64,000 nt of DNA, taken from Promethearchaeota archaeon. GTDB lineage: Archaea; Asgardarchaeota; Lokiarchaeia; Sigyniarchaeales; SOKP01. The position numbers and the translations under genes were made by a program. Positions 19,370-29,232 of the stretch are shown here, piece after piece; the stretch's first letter is position 1; every line of letters begins with the position of its first letter. The stretch is taken from positions 22,728 through 86,727 of the forward strand of contig JBHLMP010000010.1 of NCBI GenBank assembly GCA_048938025.1. The letters run 5' to 3'. A model generated the notes under the pieces. It worked only from the letters and a program-made list of their open reading frames with translations. It searched no databases and was not told the origin of the DNA.

Positions 19370-21094
19370 ATGGTGAATAAGTTGAGTGATAAGAAGGATT
19401 TAAGATATGAAGACAAACCATGGCAAAGTCAATATAAAGTAGGTCCGTTTAACCTGAAAAAGACAATGGAACCATACCCTAAAATTAATATATACCAATT
19501 TCTAGAAGATGCTACTTCTAAATATCCTGATAATGTTGCTTGCATATATGTCGATGAAGAAATGACATATAGTGAACTTAAACTGAAAGTTGACAGGTTT
19601 GCCAATGCATTATTAGATCTAGGAATAAAAAAAGGTGATTTAATTGCAACAGTCCTCCCTTCTTGTCCAGAATTTATAATTGCAGATTTTGCTGCAATGA
19701 AAGTAGGAGCTGTTCATGTTCCACTAAGCATACTGCATAAAGCTCCTGATCTAATTCATGAATTACAATTAAGTGGAGCTGAGACTGTGATATGTTCTTA
19801 CCGACGTCTTGAAAGATTAAATGCAATTAAGGATCAAACTAAGGTAAAAACAATAATATATACCCCAACTAAATTATTCCCTGATTATAAATCACCAGAG
19901 ATGGAACATCCATCAGAAGCGGGTTATTATTTATTAGATGATTTAATAACAAAATATGAACCACTTAAAGAAACTGTTGAGATCAATCCATTGGATGATT
20001 TAGCACTTTTACCCTTCACAGGCGGTACAACTGGATTACCAAAAGGAACAATGCTAACACATTACAACATTACTTCCTCTATTAGGCAATCAGTTCATTG
20101 GATGATGCATAATATGAAGGTGGGAATTGAAGGGAAAGCAGCAGCGTGTATATGTGTACCAGTTTTTCATGCATATGGTCATTGGGGAGTATATACTTCA
20201 ATATCTTGGGGATTAAAAATGTTTTTGATGGATCCAAGAGATATTAATAAAATTGCTGAGACTATTAAAAATCATCGGCCTTTCATAGTTTTAGCGGTTC
20301 CTACGCATTATAATTATTTAACAAAATTAGATCTTCCAAAAACAGCTATCTTTTATGCATCTGGAGCAGCAGCTCTAGCTCCTGAACTCGCTGAAGAATT
20401 TGAGCACAAAGTCGGTTTTTTTATTAGTGAAGGATATGGAGCAACTGAGACTTCTACTATAAGCTGTATTAATCTTTCAGCTTTATCTAAGGTAACAGGA
20501 TTTATGCCTGAATTAAAAAGAGGTATTGGAGTTCCTGTACCCGATACAGATGTAAAAATTGTAGATCCTGATACCGGAGAAGAAGTACCCTTTGGAGAAC
20601 GTGGAGAAATTTGGATAAAAGGTCCTCAGGTAATGAAAGGATATTGGCCTACACCAGGGAAAGGATTAACTGAAGATGGATGGCTTAGAATGGGTGATAT
20701 TGCAGAAATCGATGATGATTTTTATTTCCATATTGTAGATAGGATAAAAGATATGATAAATGTCTCTGGCAATAAAGTTTATTCGAGAGTCATTGATGAT
20801 CTTCTCTATGAACATCCAGCTGTTAATCAAGTAGGTGTTATTGGGGTTCCAGATCCTGAAAGACCTGGGAGTGAGCGCGTAAAAGCATTTATACAATTAA
20901 AACGTGAATATAAAGGAAAAGTTACGGAAGAGGAAATTATTCAGTATGCTAGAGAAAACTTAAAGCCTTATGCTGTTCCAAAATACGTTGAATTTAGAAA
21001 AGAATTACCAATAACAATGGCTATGAAGATCTTTAAGAGGAAACTAAGAGACGAGGAACTTGCTAAGATGAAGGAAAGAGGAGAAATCAAATAA
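19370..21094 (+). CDS. Long-chain fatty acid--CoA ligase (AMP-binding)
   Basis: 'FTGGTTGLPKG', 'EGYGATE', 'GPQVMKGYW', 'GDIA', 'DRIKDMI'. Confidence 0.9.
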   Translation: MVNKLSDKKDLRYEDKPWQSQYKVGPFNLKKTMEPYPKINIYQFLEDATSKYPDNVACIYVDEEMTYSELKLKVDRFANALLDLGIKKGDLIATVLPSCPEFIIADFAAMKVGAVHVPLSILHKAPDLIHELQLSGAETVICSYRRLERLNAIKDQTKVKTIIYTPTKLFPDYKSPEMEHPSEAGYYLLDDLITKYEPLKETVEINPLDDLALLPFTGGTTGLPKGTMLTHYNITSSIRQSVHWMMHNMKVGIEGKAAACICVPVFHAYGHWGVYTSISWGLKMFLMDPRDINKIAETIKNHRPFIVLAVPTHYNYLTKLDLPKTAIFYASGAAALAPELAEEFEHKVGFFISEGYGATETSTISCINLSALSKVTGFMPELKRGIGVPVPDTDVKIVDPDTGEEVPFGERGEIWIKGPQVMKGYWPTPGKGLTEDGWLRMGDIAEIDDDFYFHIVDRIKDMINVSGNKVYSRVIDDLLYEHPAVNQVGVIGVPDPERPGSERVKAFIQLKREYKGKVTEEEIIQYARENLKPYAVPKYVEFRKELPITMAMKIFKRKLRDEELAKMKERGEIK

Positions 21095-21195
21095 TAATTA
21101 AAATTTATTTTTAAAAGAAAAATGAAATATTTATTGAATTCTAAATTTTATAAAATATATATAAGCAAAAAGCGAATTAAATAACAAGTAAAAGA

Positions 21196-21627
21196 GTGAT
21201 AAAAATGAAATTTGGAACCCCAGAGTGGGCAGAAGCATTTATGAAGGCTATTAATGATAATCCTAATTATAGAGAGGCAGCTGGACCGGAAGGATTTCCA
21301 CCAGACGGATGGGAAGGAGATTTCCTTTTTATAATCGAACCTTCTGGTAATTTAGATCATGAAATAAGGATATTTGTAGGCTTGTATCATGGTGAATGTA
21401 CAGGATGTAGAGTCCTAAAAGAAGGAGAAGAATTAGAGACAGAATATGTTTATGCTGGTCCTTATGACGCATGGGTTCAGGTTTTAAAGAAAGAATTAGA
21501 TCCCATCCGTGGTCTGTTAGCTGGTAAGTTTAAGCTAAAAGGTGACATGTCAAAAATTTTAAAGGCAACAAGGTCAGCCCAAGAACTTGTAATTAGCTCT
21601 ACAATGTTTGATACTGAATTATATTAA
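21196..21627 (+). CDS. SCP2 sterol/lipid-carrier domain protein
   Basis: 'FGTPEWAEAF..AIN', 'W..VL..ELDPIRGLLAGKFKLKGDM'. Confidence 0.8.
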   Translation: MIKMKFGTPEWAEAFMKAINDNPNYREAAGPEGFPPDGWEGDFLFIIEPSGNLDHEIRIFVGLYHGECTGCRVLKEGEELETEYVYAGPYDAWVQVLKKELDPIRGLLAGKFKLKGDMSKILKATRSAQELVISSTMFDTELY

Positions 21628-21694
21628 ATTTAAGAAATCTTTTTTACTTTTTTTTTCTTTATTTTTTGTATATCAAACAATTGTAATATTTAAG

Positions 21695-22498
21695 ATGTCT
21701 AATCACAATAATAACTTATCTAAATTAACAGAAAAACTAGTTTATTTTTTTGATTTAGATGGTACTATCTATTTAGGGGATAGATTATTCGAAGGTGTAC
21801 TTGATCTTGTTGAAATATTAAAAAAAAGGAAAAAAAAGTTTTATTTCCTCTCAAATAATTCAAGTAAATCTACCACTGATTATCTAAAAAAATTAAATAA
21901 TTTTAATCTTGATGTTTCCCGCGAAAATATCATTTTATCACAACATCCTACAATCGATTATTTAAAAAAAAATAATTACAAGAAGATTTTTTTAATGGGA
22001 ACTCAATCTCTCAAAGAAGAATTTAGCCAAGAGGGATTTGATTTAACTGAAGAAGATCCAGAAATTCTGGTACTTGCATTTGATCAAGAGTTAACTTATG
22101 ATCGTTTAGTTAAAGCATCATACTTACTTCAGAAAGAAGATTTTCCTTATATTGCCACACACCTGGATAATAGATGTCCAACCGAAGAAGGTTATGTTCC
22201 AGATGCTGGTGGTATCGCCGCTCTTTTATATAAAGCAACAGAAAGATCACCTAAAGTTTTCGGAAAACCAAATAAAGAAATGTTATTGTTTAAGTTAGAG
22301 CAATTAGGAATTTCTCCTAAGGATGCAGTTATGTTTGGAGATAGGTTATATACAGATATAATAATGGGAATAAAAGCTGGTATTACCACTTGTTGTGTTT
22401 TATCTGGTGAAATGACAATGGATATGATAAACAAAAGTGAATTTAAACCAGATTACATAATTAATGGAATCTGGGAGCTTTTAAATGAATTCAAATAA
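21695..22498 (+). CDS. HAD-IIA (NagD-like) phosphatase
   Basis: 'FDLDGTIY', 'SNNS', 'GKP', 'GDRLYTDI'. ATG at 21695 preferred over the track start at 21608, which overlaps the upstream gene. Confidence 0.9.
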   Translation: MSNHNNNLSKLTEKLVYFFDLDGTIYLGDRLFEGVLDLVEILKKRKKKFYFLSNNSSKSTTDYLKKLNNFNLDVSRENIILSQHPTIDYLKKNNYKKIFLMGTQSLKEEFSQEGFDLTEEDPEILVLAFDQELTYDRLVKASYLLQKEDFPYIATHLDNRCPTEEGYVPDAGGIAALLYKATERSPKVFGKPNKEMLLFKLEQLGISPKDAVMFGDRLYTDIIMGIKAGITTCCVLSGEMTMDMINKSEFKPDYIINGIWELLNEFK

Positions 22499-22658
22499 GT
22501 TTTAATCCTATTATACAATACTTTTCGAAAATTTTAATTCTTAATTGAAACTAAAATAATTAACTAAAAATTGAAGTTATTTGCGTAAAATATAAAAGCT
22601 AATTGGTTTGTTTTAATGATAACTAAAACTGATGAGTAAAGTATTTTGGTAATCAGCC

Positions 22659-25349
22659 ATGACAATCAGCGAAAATAAAAAATTTGTCTATAATTTTAAT
22701 GAAGGAAATAAGGATTTAAAAGATTTGCTTGGTGGAAAAGGAGCTAATTTAGCAGAAATGACAAAATTAGGTCTAAGTATTCCACCTGGTTTTACAATTA
22801 CAACAGAAGCTTGTTTACTTTATTTTAATAATCCTAAAAAAGTAATGGACGAATTAAAGCCTGATATAATTGAACATTTAAAAACTTTAGAAAAAAATAC
22901 CGAAAAAAAATTCGGAGATGTTAAAAATCCCCTTCTTGTCTCAGTTCGCTCTGGAGCGCCCCAAAGCATGCCTGGTATGATGGACACGGTCTTAAACTTA
23001 GGATTAAATGACCAGAGTGTACAAGGTTTGGGTGAGCAAACAGATAACATCCGTTTTGCTTATGATTCTTATAGGAGATTCATTCAAATGTTTGGTGATG
23101 TGGTCATGGGTATTGGTGATGAGAAGTTTGAAAGGATTTTGAATAAATATAAAAGATTAATTTCCCGTGATGCTCAAGATACTGATCTAAGTGTAAATGA
23201 TTTACAAAAAGTAATAGCTGATTATAAAGCATTATATAAAAAAGAAATTGGCTCACCATTTCCTCAAGATCCCCTTACCCAACTTTTCCTTGCCATAGAA
23301 GCAGTATTTAAATCATGGAATAATAGAAGAGCGATAACATACCGAAGAATAAATAATATTCCAGATTTTGGAACAGCAGTTAATATTCAAGCCATGGTAT
23401 TTGGTAATAAAGGATGGAAATCAGGGACAGGTGTTGCCTTTACAAGAGATCCATCAACTGGAGAGAATAAAAAATTTGGTGAGTATTTAACAAATGCTCA
23501 AGGTGAGGATGTTGTTGCTGGAATTCGTACACCAAAGAAGCTAGATGAAATGAAGAAAGAATTTCCTAAAATATATAAAGAATTAATTGATACAATGGAA
23601 AAGTTGGAAAAACATTATAGAGATATGCAAGATATTGAATTTACAATTGAAGATGGAAGGTTAAATTTATTACAAACTCGAAATGGAAAACGAACTCCTT
23701 CTGCTGCTGTAAAAATCGCTGTAGATATGGTTAAAGAAGGTGTGCTTTCAAAGGAAGAAGCAATTATGAGTGTAGATCCAAAGAAAGTATCAAAATTATT
23801 ATTTAAAAGCATTGATGAAAATTCCATTGTACACGTTCTAGCACATGGTATTAACGCATCTCCAGGAGCAGTTTCTGGAATAGCTATTTTTGACCCTGAT
23901 ACAGCTGAAAAATTAGCAAATGAAGGAGAAAATGAAATAATTCTCGTTCGACCACAAACAAAACCAGATGATATACATGGTTTATATGCTTCTAGTGGAG
24001 TACTAACCCAATTTGGTGGAAAGACATCACATGCCGCTGTGGTTGCAAGAGGTATGGGTAAACCTGCAGTTGTTGGTGCACAAGATGTTGAAATCGATGA
24101 AGAAAATAAAGAATTTAGAGTTGGTGATATGGTAGTTAGCGAAGGTGATTGGATTACCATTGACGGAACATTAGGACGGGTGATTGAAGGAAAAGTTCCT
24201 TTAGTAGAACCAGTAATAAAAGGGGAATTTTTAGAATTATTAGAAATGTGTGATACTATAAAACGATTGGGTGTCCGTGCAAATGCAGATACTCCTACTG
24301 ATGCACAAAAAGCTATAGAATTTGGTGCTGAGGGAATAGGGCTTTGTCGAACAGAACATATGTTTATGGACGCTTCTCGCTTGCCCATTGTGCAGAATAT
24401 GATAATGGCAAGAACCATAGAAGAACGTCAAGATGCCTTGAATAAAATTTTGCCTATGCAAAAAGGTGATTTCTTAGAGATTTTTAAAATTATGGAAGGA
24501 AAACCGGTTACAATAAGACTTTTAGATCCACCTTTGCATGAGTTTTTACCTGAATTATCTACTATGCTTTTAGAAATTCAAGAGTATAAAATGACTAATG
24601 CTTTATCAAAATCTTTATTAAATGTTACACCCCTCGATGAAGAAATTGCTAAAAAAAATAAGGTTATTAGCCTAATTAGATCACTTTCCGAGGAGAATCC
24701 CATGATGGGTCTAAGAGGATGCAGATTAGGAATTGTATGGCCAGAAATAAATGAAATGCAAGTAAAAGCGATATTTCAAGCCGCTTGTGAACTTAAACTA
24801 CAGGGAATTAATGTAATACCAGAAGTTATGATTCCATTAATAGGAATGCTTTCAGAATTGCAATTAGTTAAATCCCAATTACTACAAACTGCTGAAGAAA
24901 CAATTAAAGATTATGGTGTAGAATTAGAATATAAATTTGGTACAATGATTGAAATACCACGAGCAGCTTTAACTGCTGATGAAATTGCCATTGAAGCAGA
25001 ATTTTTTTCTTTTGGGACAAATGACTTAACACAAATGACCTATGGTTTCTCCCGAGATGATGCCGAAGGAAAATTCCTCCCGATTTATCTAAACAAAGAG
25101 ATATTAGAGAATAATCCTTTTGAAATTTTAGATCGAGACGGTGTGGGTAAATTGATGAAGATGGCAATTGAACTTGGCAAAAAGACAAGACCAGATTTGA
25201 AAACAGGTATTTGTGGAGAACATGGGGGAGAACCAAATAGTATTCATTTTGCTCATTCGATTGGGCTTGATTATGTCTCTTGTTCTCCATTTAGAATCCC
25301 TGTTGCTAGAATTGCTGCTGCTCAAGCGAAAATAGAGCAAAAGAAATAA
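22659..25349 (+). CDS. ppdK: Pyruvate, phosphate dikinase
   Basis: 'LLGGKGANLAEMT', 'VSVRSGA..SMPGMMDT', 'GGKTSHAAVVARG', 'GIGLCRTEHMF', 'GICGEHGG', 'YVSCSPFR'. Confidence 0.97.
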   Translation: MTISENKKFVYNFNEGNKDLKDLLGGKGANLAEMTKLGLSIPPGFTITTEACLLYFNNPKKVMDELKPDIIEHLKTLEKNTEKKFGDVKNPLLVSVRSGAPQSMPGMMDTVLNLGLNDQSVQGLGEQTDNIRFAYDSYRRFIQMFGDVVMGIGDEKFERILNKYKRLISRDAQDTDLSVNDLQKVIADYKALYKKEIGSPFPQDPLTQLFLAIEAVFKSWNNRRAITYRRINNIPDFGTAVNIQAMVFGNKGWKSGTGVAFTRDPSTGENKKFGEYLTNAQGEDVVAGIRTPKKLDEMKKEFPKIYKELIDTMEKLEKHYRDMQDIEFTIEDGRLNLLQTRNGKRTPSAAVKIAVDMVKEGVLSKEEAIMSVDPKKVSKLLFKSIDENSIVHVLAHGINASPGAVSGIAIFDPDTAEKLANEGENEIILVRPQTKPDDIHGLYASSGVLTQFGGKTSHAAVVARGMGKPAVVGAQDVEIDEENKEFRVGDMVVSEGDWITIDGTLGRVIEGKVPLVEPVIKGEFLELLEMCDTIKRLGVRANADTPTDAQKAIEFGAEGIGLCRTEHMFMDASRLPIVQNMIMARTIEERQDALNKILPMQKGDFLEIFKIMEGKPVTIRLLDPPLHEFLPELSTMLLEIQEYKMTNALSKSLLNVTPLDEEIAKKNKVISLIRSLSEENPMMGLRGCRLGIVWPEINEMQVKAIFQAACELKLQGINVIPEVMIPLIGMLSELQLVKSQLLQTAEETIKDYGVELEYKFGTMIEIPRAALTADEIAIEAEFFSFGTNDLTQMTYGFSRDDAEGKFLPIYLNKEILENNPFEILDRDGVGKLMKMAIELGKKTRPDLKTGICGEHGGEPNSIHFAHSIGLDYVSCSPFRIPVARIAAAQAKIEQKK

Positions 25350-25493
25350 TTTAGTTCTAATTTAAAATTATTAATTTATAAATCTTATTGATTAATTTCA
25401 ATTTAATTAAGCTCCATTTTAATTTCCATGATCCATAAAAGTTATATCAAGATGATTATTTAATAATTTATAAAATATTCAGTAGCTAAGAAA

Positions 25494-26600
25494 ATGACAT
25501 TAACTTTAGAGGAGAAGATTGCTTTACTTAGAGAAGTAGGAGAAGAAATCATCGAAGAAGATGAATTACGTGAGATGATTCAATGGAAATTAGATCATAA
25601 CCAAGAAATTTATGCATATGATGGTTTTGAACCTTCTGGAGATATGCACATTGCTCAAGGGCTTTTACGTGCTATTAATGTAAATAAAATAACTAAAGCA
25701 GGGGTAAGGTTTAAATTTTTAGTAGCAGATTGGCATGCAGCCGCCAATCACAAATTTGGTGGAAATTTAGAGGTTATTAAGAGAGTAGGAGATTTTTTTA
25801 GTGAGGTATGGAAAATTTGTAAGATGGACTTAAGTAAAGTAGAATTTATATATGCTTCAGATATTGTAAAGGATCCTGCCTATTGGGAATTATTATTAAA
25901 AATTTCTATTAATAGTTCTTTAAATCGAGTAAAAAGATGTACACAAATTATGGGTAGAGAAGATACTGACACATTAACAGCCTCCCAAATCTTATACCCT
26001 TTAATGCAAACAGCAGATATTTTTTATTTACCTGCGGATATTTGTCAGCTAGGATTAGATCAGAGAAAAGTAAATATGTTAGCAAGAGAGGTAGCCAAAA
26101 AGCTAAATAAACCAAAACCAATTTCAGTTAGCCATCACATGTTAATGGGTTTAGGAAAACCACCTGATACAAACTTAACAGGAATAGATAGAGCTGTAAA
26201 ACTCAAGATGTCAAAATCTGACCCTGACTCGGCTATATTAATGCTAGATACTCCAAAGGATATAAAAAGGAAAATAAATAAGGCATATTGTCCTCCAAAA
26301 GAAATAGTCGAAAATCCAGTTTTGGAATATTGTAAGTATATAATATTTGAACTTATAGAATCTTTTAAAGTTGAAAGACCTCAGAACTATGGAGGAAATG
26401 TAGAATATAGTTCTTATGTAGAAATGGAGAAGGATTACGTTGACGGTAAGCTAAAACCTCCCGATTTGAAACTGGCTGTTATAAAGTATTTGAATCAATT
26501 ACTCCAGCCGGTAAGAGAACACTTTGAGAAAGACAAAAAAGCCAGAGAATTATATACCTTTGTTAAAAAAGAATACAAAAAAGAAATATCTAAAAAATAA
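25494..26600 (+). CDS. tyrS: Tyrosine--tRNA ligase
   Basis: 'YDGFEPSG..HIAQG', 'YPLMQTADIF', 'QLGLDQRKVNMLARE', 'KMSKS'. Confidence 0.93.
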   Translation: MTLTLEEKIALLREVGEEIIEEDELREMIQWKLDHNQEIYAYDGFEPSGDMHIAQGLLRAINVNKITKAGVRFKFLVADWHAAANHKFGGNLEVIKRVGDFFSEVWKICKMDLSKVEFIYASDIVKDPAYWELLLKISINSSLNRVKRCTQIMGREDTDTLTASQILYPLMQTADIFYLPADICQLGLDQRKVNMLAREVAKKLNKPKPISVSHHMLMGLGKPPDTNLTGIDRAVKLKMSKSDPDSAILMLDTPKDIKRKINKAYCPPKEIVENPVLEYCKYIIFELIESFKVERPQNYGGNVEYSSYVEMEKDYVDGKLKPPDLKLAVIKYLNQLLQPVREHFEKDKKARELYTFVKKEYKKEISKK

Positions 26601-26601
26601 T

Positions 26602-27228
26602 ATGACTAAAATTTTAGCTATTGGAGATTCTCATATTCCTCGTAGAGCTAGAAATATTCCAGATAAAATTTATAACATTTTACATCAACTGATTGAAAAA
26701 GAAAGATTTGATTACACTTTCTTTACTGGAGATATTATAAAAGCTGATGATTTTATAAATTTTTTAAATCTCAATACAAAAAAAGATTTATTCATTGTCA
26801 TCGGAAACATGGACTATTATGGTGGAAATAGAGATGCACCGATGTATCAAAAATTAAACTTTTTATTTTCAGATAACAATAAAATAACTATAGGTTTAAC
26901 TCATGGTCATCAAATCTCTCCAAGAGGTGATCATAAGCAATTAGAATTTCTTGCTATTGAAAAAAATTACAATATTCTAATATCAGGGCACACTCACAAG
27001 GAGGAAATTTTTCTTACAAAGAAAGGTATTTTATTATTAAATCCTGGGAGTGTTACTGGTGCTTGGTCATTTATAGCGAGCAGTAATCCCTCTTTTATAA
27101 CTCTAAATTTAAATGAAAGAACACGAGAAATTGATGTCAATGTATTTCAATTGGATATTAAATCTTCCAAACTAAACAATTTACATTCACATTTTATTTT
27201 TGAAAATAATCGGATTAAGTATAAATAA
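26602..27228 (+). CDS. Vps29-like / YfcE-family metallophosphoesterase
   Basis: 'IGDSHIP', 'TGD', 'GNMD', 'HGHQI.PRGD', 'ILISGHTH', 'NPGSVTGA', 'PSF'. ATG at 26602 lies immediately after the tyrS stop. Confidence 0.85.
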   Translation: MTKILAIGDSHIPRRARNIPDKIYNILHQLIEKERFDYTFFTGDIIKADDFINFLNLNTKKDLFIVIGNMDYYGGNRDAPMYQKLNFLFSDNNKITIGLTHGHQISPRGDHKQLEFLAIEKNYNILISGHTHKEEIFLTKKGILLLNPGSVTGAWSFIASSNPSFITLNLNERTREIDVNVFQLDIKSSKLNNLHSHFIFENNRIKYK

Positions 27229-27285
27229 TTAGGAAAACATCATATTGATTTTAAAAAAAAAATAAAAAGAAGTTATTTTAAAATC

Positions 27286-27693
27286 CTAATCCAAAACAAG
27301 TAATTTGGATAGCTTTAATAAAATTCCAAGATTACGTTTTCTATTTGAACCTTTAGAAAATCTTAATTTTTTGTATCCAAATCTATTTTTTTTAAACATC
27401 ATATGAAATGTTGAATTTTCTCCATTAGAAAAAAACATTAAATCTTCTGGAGCTGACATGAGCTCTAAGTCATATTCGTCTAATCTACCTCTATTCAAGC
27501 TAAAATGTCCATCATTTGCAATTAAATTTACCCAAAAATAAAAATCTTCTTCAATTTGTAATCCTAAGTTTATTTTTGCCTTAAAATTATTAAGGAGTTT
27601 TACATTCTTAGGATTATTTCGTTTATCTTTTATAATACTCTCAATTACTTGTTGAAATGTTATAAATAAATTTTCTTTTTCAGATTCTTCCAT
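27286..27693 (-). CDS. Hypothetical protein, possibly SCP2-like fold
   Basis: Clean ORF with GGAGG SD; alpha/beta pattern loosely resembling SCP2. Confidence 0.6.
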   Translation of the reverse strand: MEESEKENLFITFQQVIESIIKDKRNNPKNVKLLNNFKAKINLGLQIEEDFYFWVNLIANDGHFSLNRGRLDEYDLELMSAPEDLMFFSNGENSTFHMMFKKNRFGYKKLRFSKGSNRKRNLGILLKLSKLLVLD

Positions 27694-27860
27694 ATAAAAT
27701 CCTCCTAATTAAATGGTTTTTTAAATAATTATATAAACTAAATATAAGTGTTAAATAATTAATTAAGTTTAATAAAATTCTATTTATTAAAATTAAAATT
27801 ATATATTTTAAAATAGGTATAAAATAAAAAAAATAAAAAAATTAAAGGTGAAAATTGTAA

Positions 27861-29060
27861 ATGTGGCACTTTTATTGTCCTAATATAATATATGGTGAAA
27901 ATGCATTAGATTTCATAGAAAAAGTGAAGGGAGAAAAATGCTTCATTGTTGTAGATAAGGTTATTGAAGAATTGGGTTATCTAAAAATATTAACAGATAA
28001 ACTTGACGAAATCGGGAAGAAATATGAAATATTCAAAGATGTTGTTCCAGATCCACATGAAGAAGATGTAATGAAAGGTAAAGAAAAATGTATTGAATAT
28101 GATCCTGATTTGATAATTGCTATTGGTGGGGGGTCTGTAATGGATTCTGCAAAGGCAATTTGGGCTATGTATGAATATCCAGATTATACATTCGATAATA
28201 TCCAAGTTTTTAACGATCAATTGTATGATTTTGCAAATAAAGCAAAAATGATCGCTATTCCTACTACTTCAGGAACAGGAGCTGAAGCAACTTGGGCAAT
28301 AGTTATATCTAGATTTCAAGATGGAGTTTGGAGAAAAGCAGGAACTAACCATCCTTCATTAATTCCAACCTATGCCATAGTTGATCCCATCTTTGCGAAG
28401 GAAATGCCTCAAAAATTAACTGTGAATACAGCATTCGATGCATTGGCTCAAGCAATCGAAGGATATTCATCTAGTTGGAGAAATGAATTTAGCAATGCTT
28501 TAGGATTAAAGACTATAGAGCTGATTTTTAAATATTTACCTGTTGTTTTCAAGGATGGAAATAATATGGAATCAAGAGATTTTTTACATCAAGCAGCATC
28601 CATGTCAGGAATAGCTTATGGTAATAGTCAAGTTCATTTAGCTCATACTATGGGGCATAGTTTGGGTTCTGTATTTCATACTCATCATGGACAAGCGGTT
28701 GGACTCTTCCTCCCATATATTATTCAATTTTGTTTGAATGCATCTGGAGAAACTAATGATGCTATTAAATTCTGTTCAGATATAGCAAAAAAGTTAGGAT
28801 GGGCTAAATGGGAAGATGATGAAAAGAAAGCTGCTTTTATCGTTATTGATAAGATAAAAGAACTTCAAAAAGAAGTAGATTTTATATCTAATCTAAAAGA
28901 TTTAGGAATTGATAAAGAAGATTTTGATAAAAATCTAGACAAGTTAATCAGATTATGTTTTCAAGACGTGTGTGGTGTAATGGCCCCCAGAACCCCTAAT
29001 AAGGAAGAATACATAAAACTTTTTACTTATGCTTATGAAGGAAAAGATATTGACTTCTAA
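27861..29060 (+). CDS. Iron-containing alcohol dehydrogenase
   Basis: 'IAIGGGSVMDSAK', 'IPTTSGTGAE', 'HLAHTMGH', 'HG'. Confidence 0.92.
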   Translation: MWHFYCPNIIYGENALDFIEKVKGEKCFIVVDKVIEELGYLKILTDKLDEIGKKYEIFKDVVPDPHEEDVMKGKEKCIEYDPDLIIAIGGGSVMDSAKAIWAMYEYPDYTFDNIQVFNDQLYDFANKAKMIAIPTTSGTGAEATWAIVISRFQDGVWRKAGTNHPSLIPTYAIVDPIFAKEMPQKLTVNTAFDALAQAIEGYSSSWRNEFSNALGLKTIELIFKYLPVVFKDGNNMESRDFLHQAASMSGIAYGNSQVHLAHTMGHSLGSVFHTHHGQAVGLFLPYIIQFCLNASGETNDAIKFCSDIAKKLGWAKWEDDEKKAAFIVIDKIKELQKEVDFISNLKDLGIDKEDFDKNLDKLIRLCFQDVCGVMAPRTPNKEEYIKLFTYAYEGKDIDF

Positions 29061-29232
29061 AATCAACTTTTTTCAAAAATTTTTTTTCATACTTCTATCT
29101 TTTTAATTTGTTTTTTGTATAATTTCAATATTTATCTAAAGTGTTAAACATAAATATAACGAGTTTATATTATTTTTTTAAAGCTTTCTTTGTATAGTTT
29201 CCTTAAAATTTTTTACTCAATGGAATATAATT

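Noticed and set aside
21608-21694. Track N-terminal extension of the HAD gene (and likewise 26524..26601 for the Vps29-like gene)
   Set aside because: These overlap the upstream genes or terminator-like T tracts. Downstream ATGs give family-typical N-termini.
23615-24418. 267-aa antisense ORF inside ppdK, and the other short nested or antisense track ORFs
   Set aside because: They lie wholly within well-supported genes and have no recognisable domains.
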